Positions 1-8,989 of a stretch of 53,875 nucleotides of DNA are shown in pieces; the first letter of the stretch is position 1; each line of letters opens with the position of its first letter. Made by a program: the position numbers and the translations under genes. Below the pieces are notes generated by a model that saw nothing but the letters and a program-made list of their open reading frames with translations, was not told where the DNA came from and did not search any database. This stretch comes from a virus. Taxonomy: Duplodnaviria > Caudoviricetes. The stretch is from positions 1 through 53,875 of IMG/VR virus record IMGVR_UViG_3300006803_000001; one strand, given 5' to 3'.

Positions 1-123
1 CTCTTCGTAATGAAGCAACATGTTCATTTTTTCGACGTCAATCTTCTTGAACCCTTTTTTGTTCTCTTTCGCGATTTCCGCTTTTATCTCGTCCTTGGCT
101 TTTTGGAATTGGACGACTGACGC
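1..123. repeat. Terminal direct repeat, left copy (circular overlap)
   Basis: 1-123 is identical to 53753-53875, and a reading frame continues across the junction. Confidence 0.97.
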
Positions 124-3100
124 GGCGTTGAATTGCTTGTCGTCTTTGTGGTGATTGGTCGTCTTGACCATCGCCATCATTTTGCTTTGATAGTTTTTGT
201 CGGCTGGGTGCTTTTGCGGTCCGGTTGCCTCTTGCACTCGAGTTTCCGTGACTTTTTTCAGTTTGTCTTGCGGGAGCTTTTCGCGAATTGCTTTTGCACC
301 ATCGTCTGTGACTTTGAATTGCAAGAATGTTTTCTTTTTGCCGTCAGTCGTTGTCTCCTGCCAACCGATTGCTTGCATGTCTTCGACGTGCGACGATCCG
401 AGGTCAATTGAGTATCCATTGATTCGTGCGTTCTTGACTTTTTCGGCAACAATCCTCGGTTGCTTTGTTACGTCAAGAGCGGCTTGTTTGCCTTTTCTCG
501 ATGCTTGTTGGATTGCTGGTTTTTGCTCCGCAGGCAACAACGACTCGAGGTATTCGATCCTCTGCTTGAAGACCTTTGTCTCGGCGGCTGTCGCTGTGCT
601 CTTGACTATCTCGACGAGGTTGTCTTTGCGCTTTACGATTTCGCGAATCTGATCGTTGATCTCGTTTTGCGATATCCCTTCGAATATCTTTGCCGTCTTG
701 CCGTTGCCCGCTGCAATGCTGGGGTCTCTCATGCTCTCGAGCTCTCCGACAACCTTGCCCCATGCTTTTGAGTCTTTCTTCGCTCCTTGGGCTCTGTATG
801 CCAGTGACGCCCCGTTGTCGATTCGGTATGGCACGCCGTCTCTGATCAGAATGTTGTCATTTGATTGCCCCGCGACGTCTCGGTTCCCAAGGAGGCTGTC
901 TAGGACAAAATGCTCTTGCAATTGCCTGTTGACCTTGGCTTGAGCTTTTTCGCTCTCTCCCGATTCCCATTTGCCAAGCTCTTTTGAGTTGTCGACGTAT
1001 TCCGCAACCTTGTATGTGACGCCGTCTTTGACGAAGGTCTTTGACCCCGGCACCTTGGCTCCCATCTCGCGATAAATGCTGTCGGCTGTCGCCTCATTGA
1101 TCAATGCCTTGCTGTCGAGATTGTTGTCAAACGAGTCACTCTTGACAACCCATTGCTTGCCCGTGTCGGGGTCGACCATCAATTGAGGCTTTGTCGACCC
1201 GTTTAGTTGCTTTACGAACTCGAGCTTCTCGGGCTCGGGGAATACGAGGTCGAGGTTCTTGACGTCCTTGTCGAACTTGGTCGAGGTCTCGTTGTCTTTG
1301 AGCTTGTTTGAAATGACCTTCTCTTCGGCTTTCTTGTCGAGCTTTGCGGGCGTTGCTCCCGCTTCGAAATCTTCAATCTCCTTTTTCGTCGCTGCAATTT
1401 GCGCCTCGAGCGATTCAATTTTCGAAGTCGTGACTTTCGCTTGCTTCTCGAGTTTTTTCTTTTGGTTCGCGTCGTTTACTCCTTGGTAAAAAGCGGCGTT
1501 TTCCTCGGGAGACAAGTTGACGATGATTTGCAACTCTTTGTCGCTGGGGACTTTTCCCTCAGTGAGTTTTTTCTTCGCCTTGCTCAAGTATGAAGCTTCG
1601 GTCAATTGCGCTTGCTTCTCTGCCGTTAAGACTTTGAGCTTCTCGTTGACGACTGAAAAATCCCCCGACTCGAGTTGCTTCCAGTTCTCTGCTTTAATTC
1701 CCGTCAACTCTTGGAACGCTTTCTTTGTCGCGGCGTTCGGCTTCGCCATTGCGTCGTTGATCTCTTGGTATGCTTGGACGCTGTTCTCTTGCTCGAGACT
1801 CGCTTTTGCCTTTAATACGTCGTTGTCAGTGTATCCGTCTGGGTAAAGTTTCTTGTGCTTTTCGTATGCAAGCTTTTGCGTGCTTGTGCCGTCCTTGTAT
1901 TCTTTGAGCTTTGTCTCGAGGATCGTTTTGTCTTGCGAGATTTGTTCGGTGAGCTTTTTCGATGCCCCGAGGTCGTCGGCTTGTTTGTAAAATTCCGCGG
2001 TTTCTTTGCCCGACAATGACTTGATTGCCTCAAGACCTTTCGGGCTCGGGTTTTTGCCTTCTGAGATCGCTTTTTTTGCTTTGCTCAGATTTGAAGCTTT
2101 TGTGAGTTGCGCTTGTTTCTCTGTCGCGGCTCCCTTGGCTTGGTCTAGTAATGACGTATCGGAAATGCCCTTGTTTTGCTTCTTGATGTCTGTCAGCGCT
2201 TCGCCGAGCAATTTGTTTCCTTTGGTCTTCGGATTGTTGAAAACGTCCTTGATTGCTGTCTCGGCGTTGTATTGCTCGACGTCGAGCATTGTCACCTTTA
2301 CCTTGTCGGCGCCGTCTAGCTTTGCGGCTGTCCATTGATGATGACCTTCAATGATTTTGAACTTCCCGTCGGTGTCGCGTATTACAACGATATTGTTTTT
2401 CGGCAAGGTCGGGTCTTTCGCGTATGCTTCGACGTCTGATTTGAATACTTTGCTTGTCCCGAGCTTGAGCTCGTCGGTTGCAATGAACTCGGTCGACAAG
2501 TGCTCGGTCAAGAAGTAATCGTGTGCCTTTTGATACTCAAGCAACTTCGAGTTTGTTATCGGTTGAAAGTCCCCCAAGTCGTCAATGATTAGAGCGGCGG
2601 CAATTTCTCTTTCTCCGTTTGCAAGTTTTCTCGAGAGCGTTCCTTGCGGCAAGTTGTCGATCTTGTCTTGCAATGTCTCCTCTTGTGACTGAATCACTCC
2701 CTCGGTCTCGATTGCAAACTCCTGTCCGTCGCTAGTGACTGCAATGTCGAGTTGCTCGAGGGTCAATGGTCGATTGTCTTGATTGGTCAAGTCGCTGATT
2801 TCAAGCTGTCCGCTTCTGAATGCGTTTGCTCTGTTAATCCCTAAGACTTTATTTTGGAACTCATTCGGCTTTGTCTTTAACCATTCGCCATAGGTTTTGT
2901 CTTTCGGGATTTGTCCGTCCATGCTTGCGCGTGACCTTACAACGGCGCCCTTGCGCTGTTCTTTGCTCATGCCCATCTCTTTGAGCCTGTCGTCGACCGC
3001 GGCTTGAAATTCCTTGTCCCCGAGTGACTTGATTTTCTTGCCTGTCAACTCTGAGAGGCTCGGCAATACGGGGACTTGTGTTGAACGACATCCCCAATGC

Positions 3101-3864
3101 GCCGTCGGTCCGGGGAACTCCTTGTCGTGATCGACGGGTTTGTATTCTGGCAATGACCATCGCTTGCCGTCGAGCGCCATGCATGTTTTGGTCGTCCTCG
3201 AGTCCAGTGTCGCCAACCATCTGATCTCGCCGACAATGTCGTCGTTCTCTTCGATCGCCTCAAGTCGTGCCTCGTTGCTGACTGTTTGAACTGAGCTCCT
3301 CGCCAGTGTCTCGGCTTGAGCCTTCGAGACGTTCATGATTCCGTCTTTGTAGTTGTTCGCCTTCGTGCCGCGGATCCTCTTTGCCAAGTCTCCGACGTCC
3401 TCGCCTGCAAGATATCCTTGCCTCATTTGCCCCTCGAATTTGAATCGTAGAGCCTTGTCTTGCTCCTTCCACCATTTGCCGCTTGAGTGTCCCTCGATTG
3501 CACTGCGACGCATTACGGCGTTGACTTGGCTCTCTGTGGGGCTCTTGCGCAACAAGGGAACTCCGATCGCACCATTGAGCGCCGCCTTTGTCCCTTTGAT
3601 TTGCGTCCGCGCTAGTTTATCGAGGTCTTTCTCGGTGTTCTTGGTAATCGTCTTGTATGACTCGGTGATTGTCTGAGACGTGTCCTTCAAGAGCATTTGC
3701 AAGTTGCCTTTCTTGCTAGGGCTCGCGACCGCAATCTTCTTGACGAGGTCTTGTTCTAGGGTCTCGAGCTCCTTGACAACTTTCTTTCGAATGCCCGCCT
3801 CGACGCGCAAGATGTTTATCGCATTGGTATTTGACCAATCCTCGAGGTATTCGTTTGCGGACAT
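1..3864 (-). CDS. MuF (SPP1 gp7-like) minor head protein, N-terminal 1288 codons of a ~1721-aa multidomain protein that continues at 53752..52451
   Basis: ATG at 3864 (MSANEYLE) lies just after the portal stop. MuF motifs WLATLDSRTTKTC...GPTAHWGCRS (~3230-3080), ParB-like IVVIRD..GKFKIIEGHHQWTAAK (~2400-2310) and kinase-like DSLLGNRD...DNILI...RIDNG (~900-810) are all in frame with ORF 52451..53779. Confidence 0.88.
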   Translation of the reverse strand, partial: MSANEYLEDWSNTNAINILRVEAGIRKKVVKELETLEQDLVKKIAVASPSKKGNLQMLLKDTSQTITESYKTITKNTEKDLDKLARTQIKGTKAALNGAIGVPLLRKSPTESQVNAVMRRSAIEGHSSGKWWKEQDKALRFKFEGQMRQGYLAGEDVGDLAKRIRGTKANNYKDGIMNVSKAQAETLARSSVQTVSNEARLEAIEENDDIVGEIRWLATLDSRTTKTCMALDGKRWSLPEYKPVDHDKEFPGPTAHWGCRSTQVPVLPSLSELTGKKIKSLGDKEFQAAVDDRLKEMGMSKEQRKGAVVRSRASMDGQIPKDKTYGEWLKTKPNEFQNKVLGINRANAFRSGQLEISDLTNQDNRPLTLEQLDIAVTSDGQEFAIETEGVIQSQEETLQDKIDNLPQGTLSRKLANGEREIAAALIIDDLGDFQPITNSKLLEYQKAHDYFLTEHLSTEFIATDELKLGTSKVFKSDVEAYAKDPTLPKNNIVVIRDTDGKFKIIEGHHQWTAAKLDGADKVKVTMLDVEQYNAETAIKDVFNNPKTKGNKLLGEALTDIKKQNKGISDTSLLDQAKGAATEKQAQLTKASNLSKAKKAISEGKNPSPKGLEAIKSLSGKETAEFYKQADDLGASKKLTEQISQDKTILETKLKEYKDGTSTQKLAYEKHKKLYPDGYTDNDVLKAKASLEQENSVQAYQEINDAMAKPNAATKKAFQELTGIKAENWKQLESGDFSVVNEKLKVLTAEKQAQLTEASYLSKAKKKLTEGKVPSDKELQIIVNLSPEENAAFYQGVNDANQKKKLEKQAKVTTSKIESLEAQIAATKKEIEDFEAGATPAKLDKKAEEKVISNKLKDNETSTKFDKDVKNLDLVFPEPEKLEFVKQLNGSTKPQLMVDPDTGKQWVVKSDSFDNNLDSKALINEATADSIYREMGAKVPGSKTFVKDGVTYKVAEYVDNSKELGKWESGESEKAQAKVNRQLQEHFVLDSLLGNRDVAGQSNDNILIRDGVPYRIDNGASLAYRAQGAKKDSKAWGKVVGELESMRDPSIAAGNGKTAKIFEGISQNEINDQIREIVKRKDNLVEIVKSTATAAETKVFKQRIEYLESLLPAEQKPAIQQASRKGKQAALDVTKQPRIVAEKVKNARINGYSIDLGSSHVEDMQAIGWQETTTDGKKKTFLQFKVTDDGAKAIREKLPQDKLKKVTETRVQEATGPQKHPADKNYQSKMMAMVKTTNHHKDDKQFNAASVVQFQKAKDEIKAEIAKENKKGFKKIDVEKMNMLLHYEE

Positions 3865-3873
3865 TTGCCTTTT

Positions 3874-5370
3874 TTAAGCTTCGACCTCGTCTTGCTCCTC
3901 TTCGGGCTCCTCTTGCTCTTCGCTCAATTGCGGCTCGGGCTCGGGCGCTGGCGTTGGCATTGGTGACTCTTGCTCGAGGTCTCTTTTCTCTTCGTCGGCT
4001 GTTGTTCCCTCTGGATACATTTCGCCTTTTTGGAGGTTGTAGAAAAAGGTCGGATATGAGATCGCCCCCATTTGCAACGCTGAAACAAGCGCCGTCAGTG
4101 TTTGGGGATTCATGCCCGCCGATACAAAGTCTTGCGATACAACGAGAAAGTTTGTTTCGGAATAGTCTTTCGGCATATTCGAGGACGTCTTGTCAGACCA
4201 CCATGCCGCAATCTGCATTGCTTGAGAAAGTGAGGCGCTCATTGCCGAGCTCATGCGACTTAGAGACGCCGTGTCGGCGCTTGCTCTCAACTGGACTGTC
4301 TCGAATGCTTCCGCGTCTCTGGACTCTGCAAAAAGCAACCTCGCCCCAAGTGCTGACATTTGTTGTTGCTTCTCTTCTAGTGCTTTTGTGAGCTCTGAAA
4401 GTCCGCTTCCCGTGAACTCCAAGAATCCGAACTTTGCATTGTCGTTTTCGCTGATCCACGCATATTCCGTCCCCAACTTGAATGTCCCGTTCTCGGCGTC
4501 AATGCCTGTCGCGTATGGTGTCGGCAATGCGGCAATGTGGCGAGCGTGCTCGAGGTCGACGCTTGAAATGTAGTGACTGACGTTGATTTGAGCCAAGTCC
4601 TCGAGGGGGATTTCCCCGACGTCGGGTTTTGTGTGCGTTGCCCCGTGAAAGACCACGGGAATGAAAGTCATGTTTTTGCCTCCGCGCATTGGCTCGAAAG
4701 TTTCTTCGGCTTCCATTGAGGATGTGATCCCCTTGCCTAAGTATGTTTCGACTCCGCTTCCCGTATATTGAGAGGTCTTGTTTCTGTCTGAATAAACGTC
4801 GACTGTCAGAATGCCGTCTCTGATTCGATATATGCGGATCCTCTCCGTATTGGCTGTCGATACGTCGTCCCCCTTCATCTCGTCGTCACGCTCTCGCACT
4901 TTGAGATAATCGAGCACGTTCTTTCCTTGTGTTCTTGTTGTGTGCCAATCGAGAATGTCGACTTCGCGATAAAACGCGAAATATGGTCTTTGTTCCTCTT
5001 CCGACCATTCGATGATTGTGCATGCCCTGCCAGTGCTTGAGACCGCCTCCGCCAACTCGACGCAATAGTTGGTGATCGAGTTGCCCTGCATGTCTACGTC
5101 GGCAAGGACTTGTTCGTCGAGCTCGCTCTCTGTCTCGGGCGGCTTGCGAGTCAACAATCCAGTTTGAGCCCTGTTTGCTGTTGATGTGCCGTTGAAGAAA
5201 TTGCCGCGTTGTTTGAACTTCTGATATTCCTTCTCGGTCTGCCCGTCGAGCCTCGGGAGATATGTCTCTCCTAGCTTCTTTATTGTGCGACCGCCTGCGA
5301 TGCAATCAATGACTGTTTTCCACCCTTCGACGTTTTCTTCGTATTGGGTATGGACTGATTCGATGCTCAT
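3874..5370 (-). CDS. Portal protein (DUF4055 / SPP1-like)
   Basis: YLPRL..Q.EKEY..F..RG.F.N.T N-terminus, PLEDLAQIN.SHY, acidic C-terminus; sits directly upstream of MuF. Likely start MSIESV. Confidence 0.9.
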   Translation of the reverse strand: MSIESVHTQYEENVEGWKTVIDCIAGGRTIKKLGETYLPRLDGQTEKEYQKFKQRGNFFNGTSTANRAQTGLLTRKPPETESELDEQVLADVDMQGNSITNYCVELAEAVSSTGRACTIIEWSEEEQRPYFAFYREVDILDWHTTRTQGKNVLDYLKVRERDDEMKGDDVSTANTERIRIYRIRDGILTVDVYSDRNKTSQYTGSGVETYLGKGITSSMEAEETFEPMRGGKNMTFIPVVFHGATHTKPDVGEIPLEDLAQINVSHYISSVDLEHARHIAALPTPYATGIDAENGTFKLGTEYAWISENDNAKFGFLEFTGSGLSELTKALEEKQQQMSALGARLLFAESRDAEAFETVQLRASADTASLSRMSSAMSASLSQAMQIAAWWSDKTSSNMPKDYSETNFLVVSQDFVSAGMNPQTLTALVSALQMGAISYPTFFYNLQKGEMYPEGTTADEEKRDLEQESPMPTPAPEPEPQLSEEQEEPEEEQDEVEA

Positions 5371-5432
5371 GATACTTGCCTTTCTACTGAGAAAACAATC
5401 TTTCGTCAAAAATAAATACTTAGATTTGCAAT

Positions 5433-5615
5433 TTAGTGGTCAAAACGCAACGCGTCCCTTTGATTCCAATCAACGATTTTTGTGTTCGCGTGATTTACTT
5501 TTGATTTCTTGAGCCTTTTTGCCGCCTTCATTACCTTTTCCATGTCGACGCTGTCGCTGTGTCTTAATCTTGTGAGCAATTGTTCTTGAGTCAATTTTCT
5601 TGGGTTTGTTCGCAT
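5433..5615 (-). CDS. Hypothetical basic protein
   Basis: 3' part of track ORF 5433..5765; start MRTNPRK chosen because 5650..5823 occupies the upstream part. Confidence 0.45.
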   Translation of the reverse strand: MRTNPRKLTQEQLLTRLRHSDSVDMEKVMKAAKRLKKSKVNHANTKIVDWNQRDALRFDH

Positions 5616-5649
5616 TCGTGGAAAGGGTATGATTTTACAAGGGTCTAAT

Positions 5650-5823
5650 TCAACCGCCCTCTTCCTTTTCCTCGGGAGGTTTCTCGGCAAGCTCAGAAAC
5701 ATTGCTTGCGGTTTCGGGTGTTCGCTTGGAAAATATTCGATCCCAACCTTGACGATATTGCTCATTGCTGACTTTGGTCTTGATCAAATCTTTTGTGATG
5801 TCGTTGCGGGCTGGGGTGCTCAT
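5650..5823 (-). CDS. Small conserved-type phage protein (57 aa, not in ORF track)
   Basis: Manual translation MSTPARNDITKDLIKTKVSNEQYRQGWDRIFSK...; the ARNDIT..LIK.K....Y..GWDRIF pattern is familiar from small phage proteins. Starts 2 nt after the upstream stop. Confidence 0.65.
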   Translation of the reverse strand: MSTPARNDITKDLIKTKVSNEQYRQGWDRIFSKRTPETASNVSELAEKPPEEKEEGG

Positions 5824-5825
5824 TA

Positions 5826-6068
5826 TCAATCGGGGTCGTATGCGCTTGCGACCATGACCATTGCCGCCTCTTCGTCATCATTCTCGATCGACTTCATCGC
5901 TCCTGCGAGCGCAACGCTTCGCCTGTTCAAATCGTCGGTCACGTAAATGTCAAGTTGGTCTCTTGCGTTCTGCTTGACGACGTTCCATTCGTCGGCGTAT
6001 TTCTTGCGGCAATGGGCAACGACTTCCGCAATGCCTCTTGCCGTTTGCCTGTAAAGGGTCGCGTCCAT
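5826..6068 (-). CDS. Hypothetical protein
   Basis: 80-aa ORF tightly packed downstream of ssb. Confidence 0.65.
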   Translation of the reverse strand: MDATLYRQTARGIAEVVAHCRKKYADEWNVVKQNARDQLDIYVTDDLNRRSVALAGAMKSIENDDEEAAMVMVASAYDPD

Positions 6069-6070
6069 TT

Positions 6071-6541
6071 TTAAAAAGGAATTTCGTCGTCGTGTGTAAT
6101 AGCGCCCGCGGGCGCTTGCCTCTGCGGCTCCGCTGGGGGGAGATGCGATGCTCGAGGCATACTTTGCTGACTTTGCGGTTGCGACGCACTAGGGGCGCCG
6201 TTTTGAGCCTTTGCGCCTATGAATTGCGCATTGATGATCGTCACGGCGTGCTTTGTCTTCGTTGCTCCCGTTTCTTTGTCCTGCCATTGCTCTTGCTTGA
6301 TCTTGCCTTCTACAAACAGCGCCGACCCCTTGGTCGTGTATTGCGTCAATGTCTCGGCGAGTTTGCTCCAAGCTGTGATGTCCATAAACATTACTTGCTC
6401 GACTTTCTCCCCGTTCTTGTCGAGTCGAGTCTCGTTGACTGCGATTGAATTGCTCGCGACGACGTTGCCGCTGGCAAGTGTTTGTTTGTTCCAGTCGGCG
6501 ACGAGGTTTCCCATTAGCATTATTTTATTATATGAAGGCAT
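6071..6541 (-). CDS. ssb: Single-stranded DNA-binding protein
   Basis: YNKIMLMGNL N-terminus, KGS.LFVEGKI, Pro/Gln linker, acidic DDEIPF tail. Confidence 0.95.
   Translation of the reverse strand: MPSYNKIMLMGNLVADWNKQTLASGNVVASNSIAVNETRLDKNGEKVEQVMFMDITAWSKLAETLTQYTTKGSALFVEGKIKQEQWQDKETGATKTKHAVTIINAQFIGAKAQNGAPSASQPQSQQSMPRASHLPPAEPQRQAPAGAITHDDEIPF
6102..6115. repeat. Palindrome GCGCCCGCGGGCGC, copy 1 of 8 (inside ssb)
   Basis: Exact copies at 6102, 9522, 19030, 24941, 32409, 36360, 43508 and 50581. Confidence 0.95.
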
Positions 6542-6571
6542 TGATTGCTGTTTGTTTGTTGTTGCGGCTTT

Positions 6572-6946
6572 TTACACGTTAGGGTCAAGCTCTGCAATCT
6601 CTTTCTTCTCGTCATAGTCTTTCCAGACCTCGAGGTCGACGTTGTTGCTGTATATGCCCCGCCCTTGCTTCGCCGCGTGCACGGCGCCTGTATGGTCGCC
6701 ATACCCTAGCGTATGACTGATATCTTCCCATGTAAGGCTTGTGCATTTGCGTATGAGGTATGCGGCAACTTGCTTTGCGTTTGTGTTCTTCAATAGGACA
6801 GTTGCTCGGTCGATCTCGTATCGTCTTGCAACAAAGGAGATGATTTGCTCGGCTTTCTTATCCTCTGGGCAATGTCCTCGTTTGTTTAATTCTTTGACGA
6901 GGTCTCCTGTCGCGACGTTTTCGAGCGTTGGTTGTTTATTGATCAT
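6572..6946 (-). CDS. DnaA C-terminal (domain IV)-like HTH protein
   Basis: KQVAAYLIRKCTSLTWEDISHTLGYGDHTGAVHA parallels the DnaA domain IV pattern RQIAMYL.R..T..S..EIG..FGGRDHTTVLHA. Confidence 0.75.
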   Translation of the reverse strand: MINKQPTLENVATGDLVKELNKRGHCPEDKKAEQIISFVARRYEIDRATVLLKNTNAKQVAAYLIRKCTSLTWEDISHTLGYGDHTGAVHAAKQGRGIYSNNVDLEVWKDYDEKKEIAELDPNV

Positions 6947-7415
6947 TTGATGACTCCTCTTCTTTTTGTTGTTCGGTCAAACATTCTTCTTTTTGGTCAT
7001 GAAACGACCAGCAATCCTCACAGAAATTGCGCATGTGCGCGTCGTCGTTGTAGTCGTGCCAGAATGCCGACGATGGGTGATAGTCCATGCTCGACCCGTA
7101 TTCGGTCTCGTTCTGCCAATCATACATACATTGCCAAACTTTCATGAGTGGCGCTTCGTGCATGAGAGTGTCTTGCGTGCTGTTCTTGAAGTTGTCATAT
7201 TGCAACTCGGCGGTCTGGGTAATCATCCAAGAGACAAAGTCAGACTCGCGAACTGTCTTGCGTGCGACATAGTCTGCCGTCGGGGTGATTGTGATCTCTC
7301 CGTCAAGCGTGCATGCCTCCGCCTGCGCCCTTGAGCGAAAGCGGATCATGAGGTGCTCGGGTTTGTCTCGGTGTCTCACTACGCTGAGAAACTCGTTTGA
7401 GGTAAATATCCACAT
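6936..7415 (-). CDS. Conserved hypothetical phage protein
   Basis: MWIFT..FLSVV...LMIR.R...TPTADY..R...YDNFK pattern; likely start MWIFT. Confidence 0.65.
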   Translation of the reverse strand: MWIFTSNEFLSVVRHRDKPEHLMIRFRSRAQAEACTLDGEITITPTADYVARKTVRESDFVSWMITQTAELQYDNFKNSTQDTLMHEAPLMKVWQCMYDWQNETEYGSSMDYHPSSAFWHDYNDDAHMRNFCEDCWSFHDQKEECLTEQQKEEESSNDQ

Positions 7416-7416
7416 A

Positions 7417-7776
7417 TTAGTAATTCGTTGATTTGATTGCTTGATACTCTTTGAACGTCTTTTCAGAGACTTGCCACAAGTGATCGACAAGCGTTCTGAA
7501 TTCGACGACGTCGCCTTCGAATGCGGGCGCCTTTGTTATTGCTCGAGATGTCATTGTCTTGATCAACAAGCAATCGGCAATGCTGTCGGGGAGCTCTTCC
7601 CCTGTTTTGTGCATGATGAAGTATCGCCATGTCGGGGCGTCGTCCTTGTCGACGAGTGCCCAAACATTGAGACCCTCTTCGGTCATGTCTGTGTGTGTAA
7701 TGACTGCCGTCGCTGGGATTTTGGCACGCATGCCGCTAGGCGACAAGCTGATGTTGTATTTGAATATTGTTTTCAT
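7417..7776 (-). CDS. Conserved hypothetical phage protein
   Basis: MKTIFKY.I...P..A.I....LNVWALVD pattern; tight packing with neighbours. Confidence 0.7.
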   Translation of the reverse strand: MKTIFKYNISLSPSGMRAKIPATAVITHTDMTEEGLNVWALVDKDDAPTWRYFIMHKTGEELPDSIADCLLIKTMTSRAITKAPAFEGDVVEFRTLVDHLWQVSEKTFKEYQAIKSTNY

Positions 7777-7784
7777 GTTGGTTT

Positions 7785-8012
7785 TTATTGTGATTTTGCT
7801 CTGTCGGCTTCGATGATTCCTTCGCGCATGTAGTCAAGCAACTCGGAAAGGTCTTGACGGATCAGCATTGCTTCGTATTGCGTATTACGATCGCAACTCT
7901 TGACGTCGAGCTCGTTGATCAAGTTTGTGATTCTGGTCAATCTTGTCTCTGCGACGATGAGCTTTCCTTGTAGGTTGCCCGCGATTTTGTGATATTCGAT
8001 TTCTTTTTTCAT
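7785..8012 (-). CDS. Hypothetical coiled-coil protein
   Basis: Start MKKEIEY follows the junction hairpin at 8038 and an A/C-rich leader. Confidence 0.65.
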   Translation of the reverse strand: MKKEIEYHKIAGNLQGKLIVAETRLTRITNLINELDVKSCDRNTQYEAMLIRQDLSELLDYMREGIIEADRAKSQ

Positions 8013-8037
8013 GTTGGTTCTTGTTGGTTTAGGTTGT

Positions 8038-8051
8038 GCCCCCGAGGGGGC
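8038..8051. repeat. Junction hairpin GCCCCCGAGGGGGC (family of 6)
   Basis: Identical at 10892 and 11209; variants at 15024, 15303 and 15747; all are intergenic. Confidence 0.85.
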
Positions 8052-8058
8052 TGTATAA

Positions 8059-8418
8059 TTAGTCGACGATTGGATATGCGTCTCTGATTGCGTTTTCGAT
8101 CTTGTTGAGCCTTTCGGTTTCCGCCTCGATGCACATGTCGGTTTTGAAATAGAACATGTCCTCAAAGGTCAATCCGTGTTGTTTGGCGTATGACTTGTCT
8201 GTCTCGTCGAGTTGTTGCTCGTAATAGCTTTCGCTCTTGAAGGTGCTTTGATATCTGTCCATGTAGATTCGATATTGCAAGCTCGAGACGCCGTCGTATG
8301 TGTAGTCGTCGCCGAGGATGTCTTTCGCTTTCTTGAAGCAATCGCCCCAGTTCGCATGAAAGAATTCGGTAACAGTTGGCTTGTGTGTCTCTGTGTTGGT
8401 TTTTGTGTTGGTATTCAT
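8059..8418 (-). CDS. Hypothetical protein (MNTN start)
   Basis: ATG lies 9 nt after the repeated -10 element. Confidence 0.7.
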   Translation of the reverse strand: MNTNTKTNTETHKPTVTEFFHANWGDCFKKAKDILGDDYTYDGVSSLQYRIYMDRYQSTFKSESYYEQQLDETDKSYAKQHGLTFEDMFYFKTDMCIEAETERLNKIENAIRDAYPIVD

Positions 8419-8480
8419 AACGACGTCAATATGGGACAACTCCGTCCCCTTTGCAAGACCTAATGTGAAAAAAGGTGAAA
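8419..8480 (-). promoter_or_regulatory. Repeated sigma70-like promoter, copy 1
   Basis: TTTTTCACA-7nt-TTGCAA-17nt-CATATT-9nt-ATG. Confidence 0.75.
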
Positions 8481-8482
8481 GT

Positions 8483-8692
8483 TTATTTCATGGCTTTTTT
8501 GAGCTCCTGCGCTGTTCTTAGCTTTTGCCCTTGTGCGTATCCGACTCGCCAGTTCAAAGCCCATACGAGCCTGTTTTCGTTCGTTGCGGGTATCTCAGTG
8601 TCTTCGTCGAGAAGGTCTTCGCTTTGCAAGTCTTCGTGCCCCGTGTTGAATGCTCGGCGAGCGATTTCCTCTTTTGTGTATTCGAATATCAT
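8483..8692 (-). CDS. Hypothetical protein
   Basis: 69-aa ORF with ATGA overlap with the upstream gene. Confidence 0.6.
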   Translation of the reverse strand: MIFEYTKEEIARRAFNTGHEDLQSEDLLDEDTEIPATNENRLVWALNWRVGYAQGQKLRTAQELKKAMK

Positions 8693-8985
8693 TTTCTTTT
8701 TTTGATTTTGAAGAATCGCGTCAAACGATTACCGAATGAGTCGGGTCTTTCTGTGCGCGACTTGGCAACTGGTTTGCGCTTGCTGTAATAGGTCGTCTCG
8801 ATGTGCCCGAAATGATTCTTTCGTGAGGATGCGTGACCGATGACTTTGCCGTTGCTGTCTCGGAATGTGGTCTTCGTATTGCCGAACGAGTCGGGGCGCT
8901 CTGAGGTCGAGCTCTGAGCATTGGCGATTGTCGCCCCCAAAGCAGTGACCCATATTGCTGCGAGTATGATGATGATTTTTTTCAT
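8689..8985 (-). CDS. Secreted small protein with internal repeats
   Basis: Sec signal MKKIIIILAAIWVTALGATIANA|Q; ERPDSFGN occurs twice, plus a KNHFGH variant. Confidence 0.7.
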   Translation of the reverse strand: MKKIIIILAAIWVTALGATIANAQSSTSERPDSFGNTKTTFRDSNGKVIGHASSRKNHFGHIETTYYSKRKPVAKSRTERPDSFGNRLTRFFKIKKRK

Positions 8986-8989
8986 TGGC

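Noticed and set aside
1-123. Terminal repeat as a biological DTR or att site
   Set aside because: It falls mid-gene in MuF and is best explained as assembler overlap of a circular or permuted genome.
8419-8439. Shared N-terminal peptide MSHIDVV in several track ORFs as a protein motif
   Set aside because: It is the translated promoter (-10 region) repeat; the true starts are more plausibly the MNTN ATGs.
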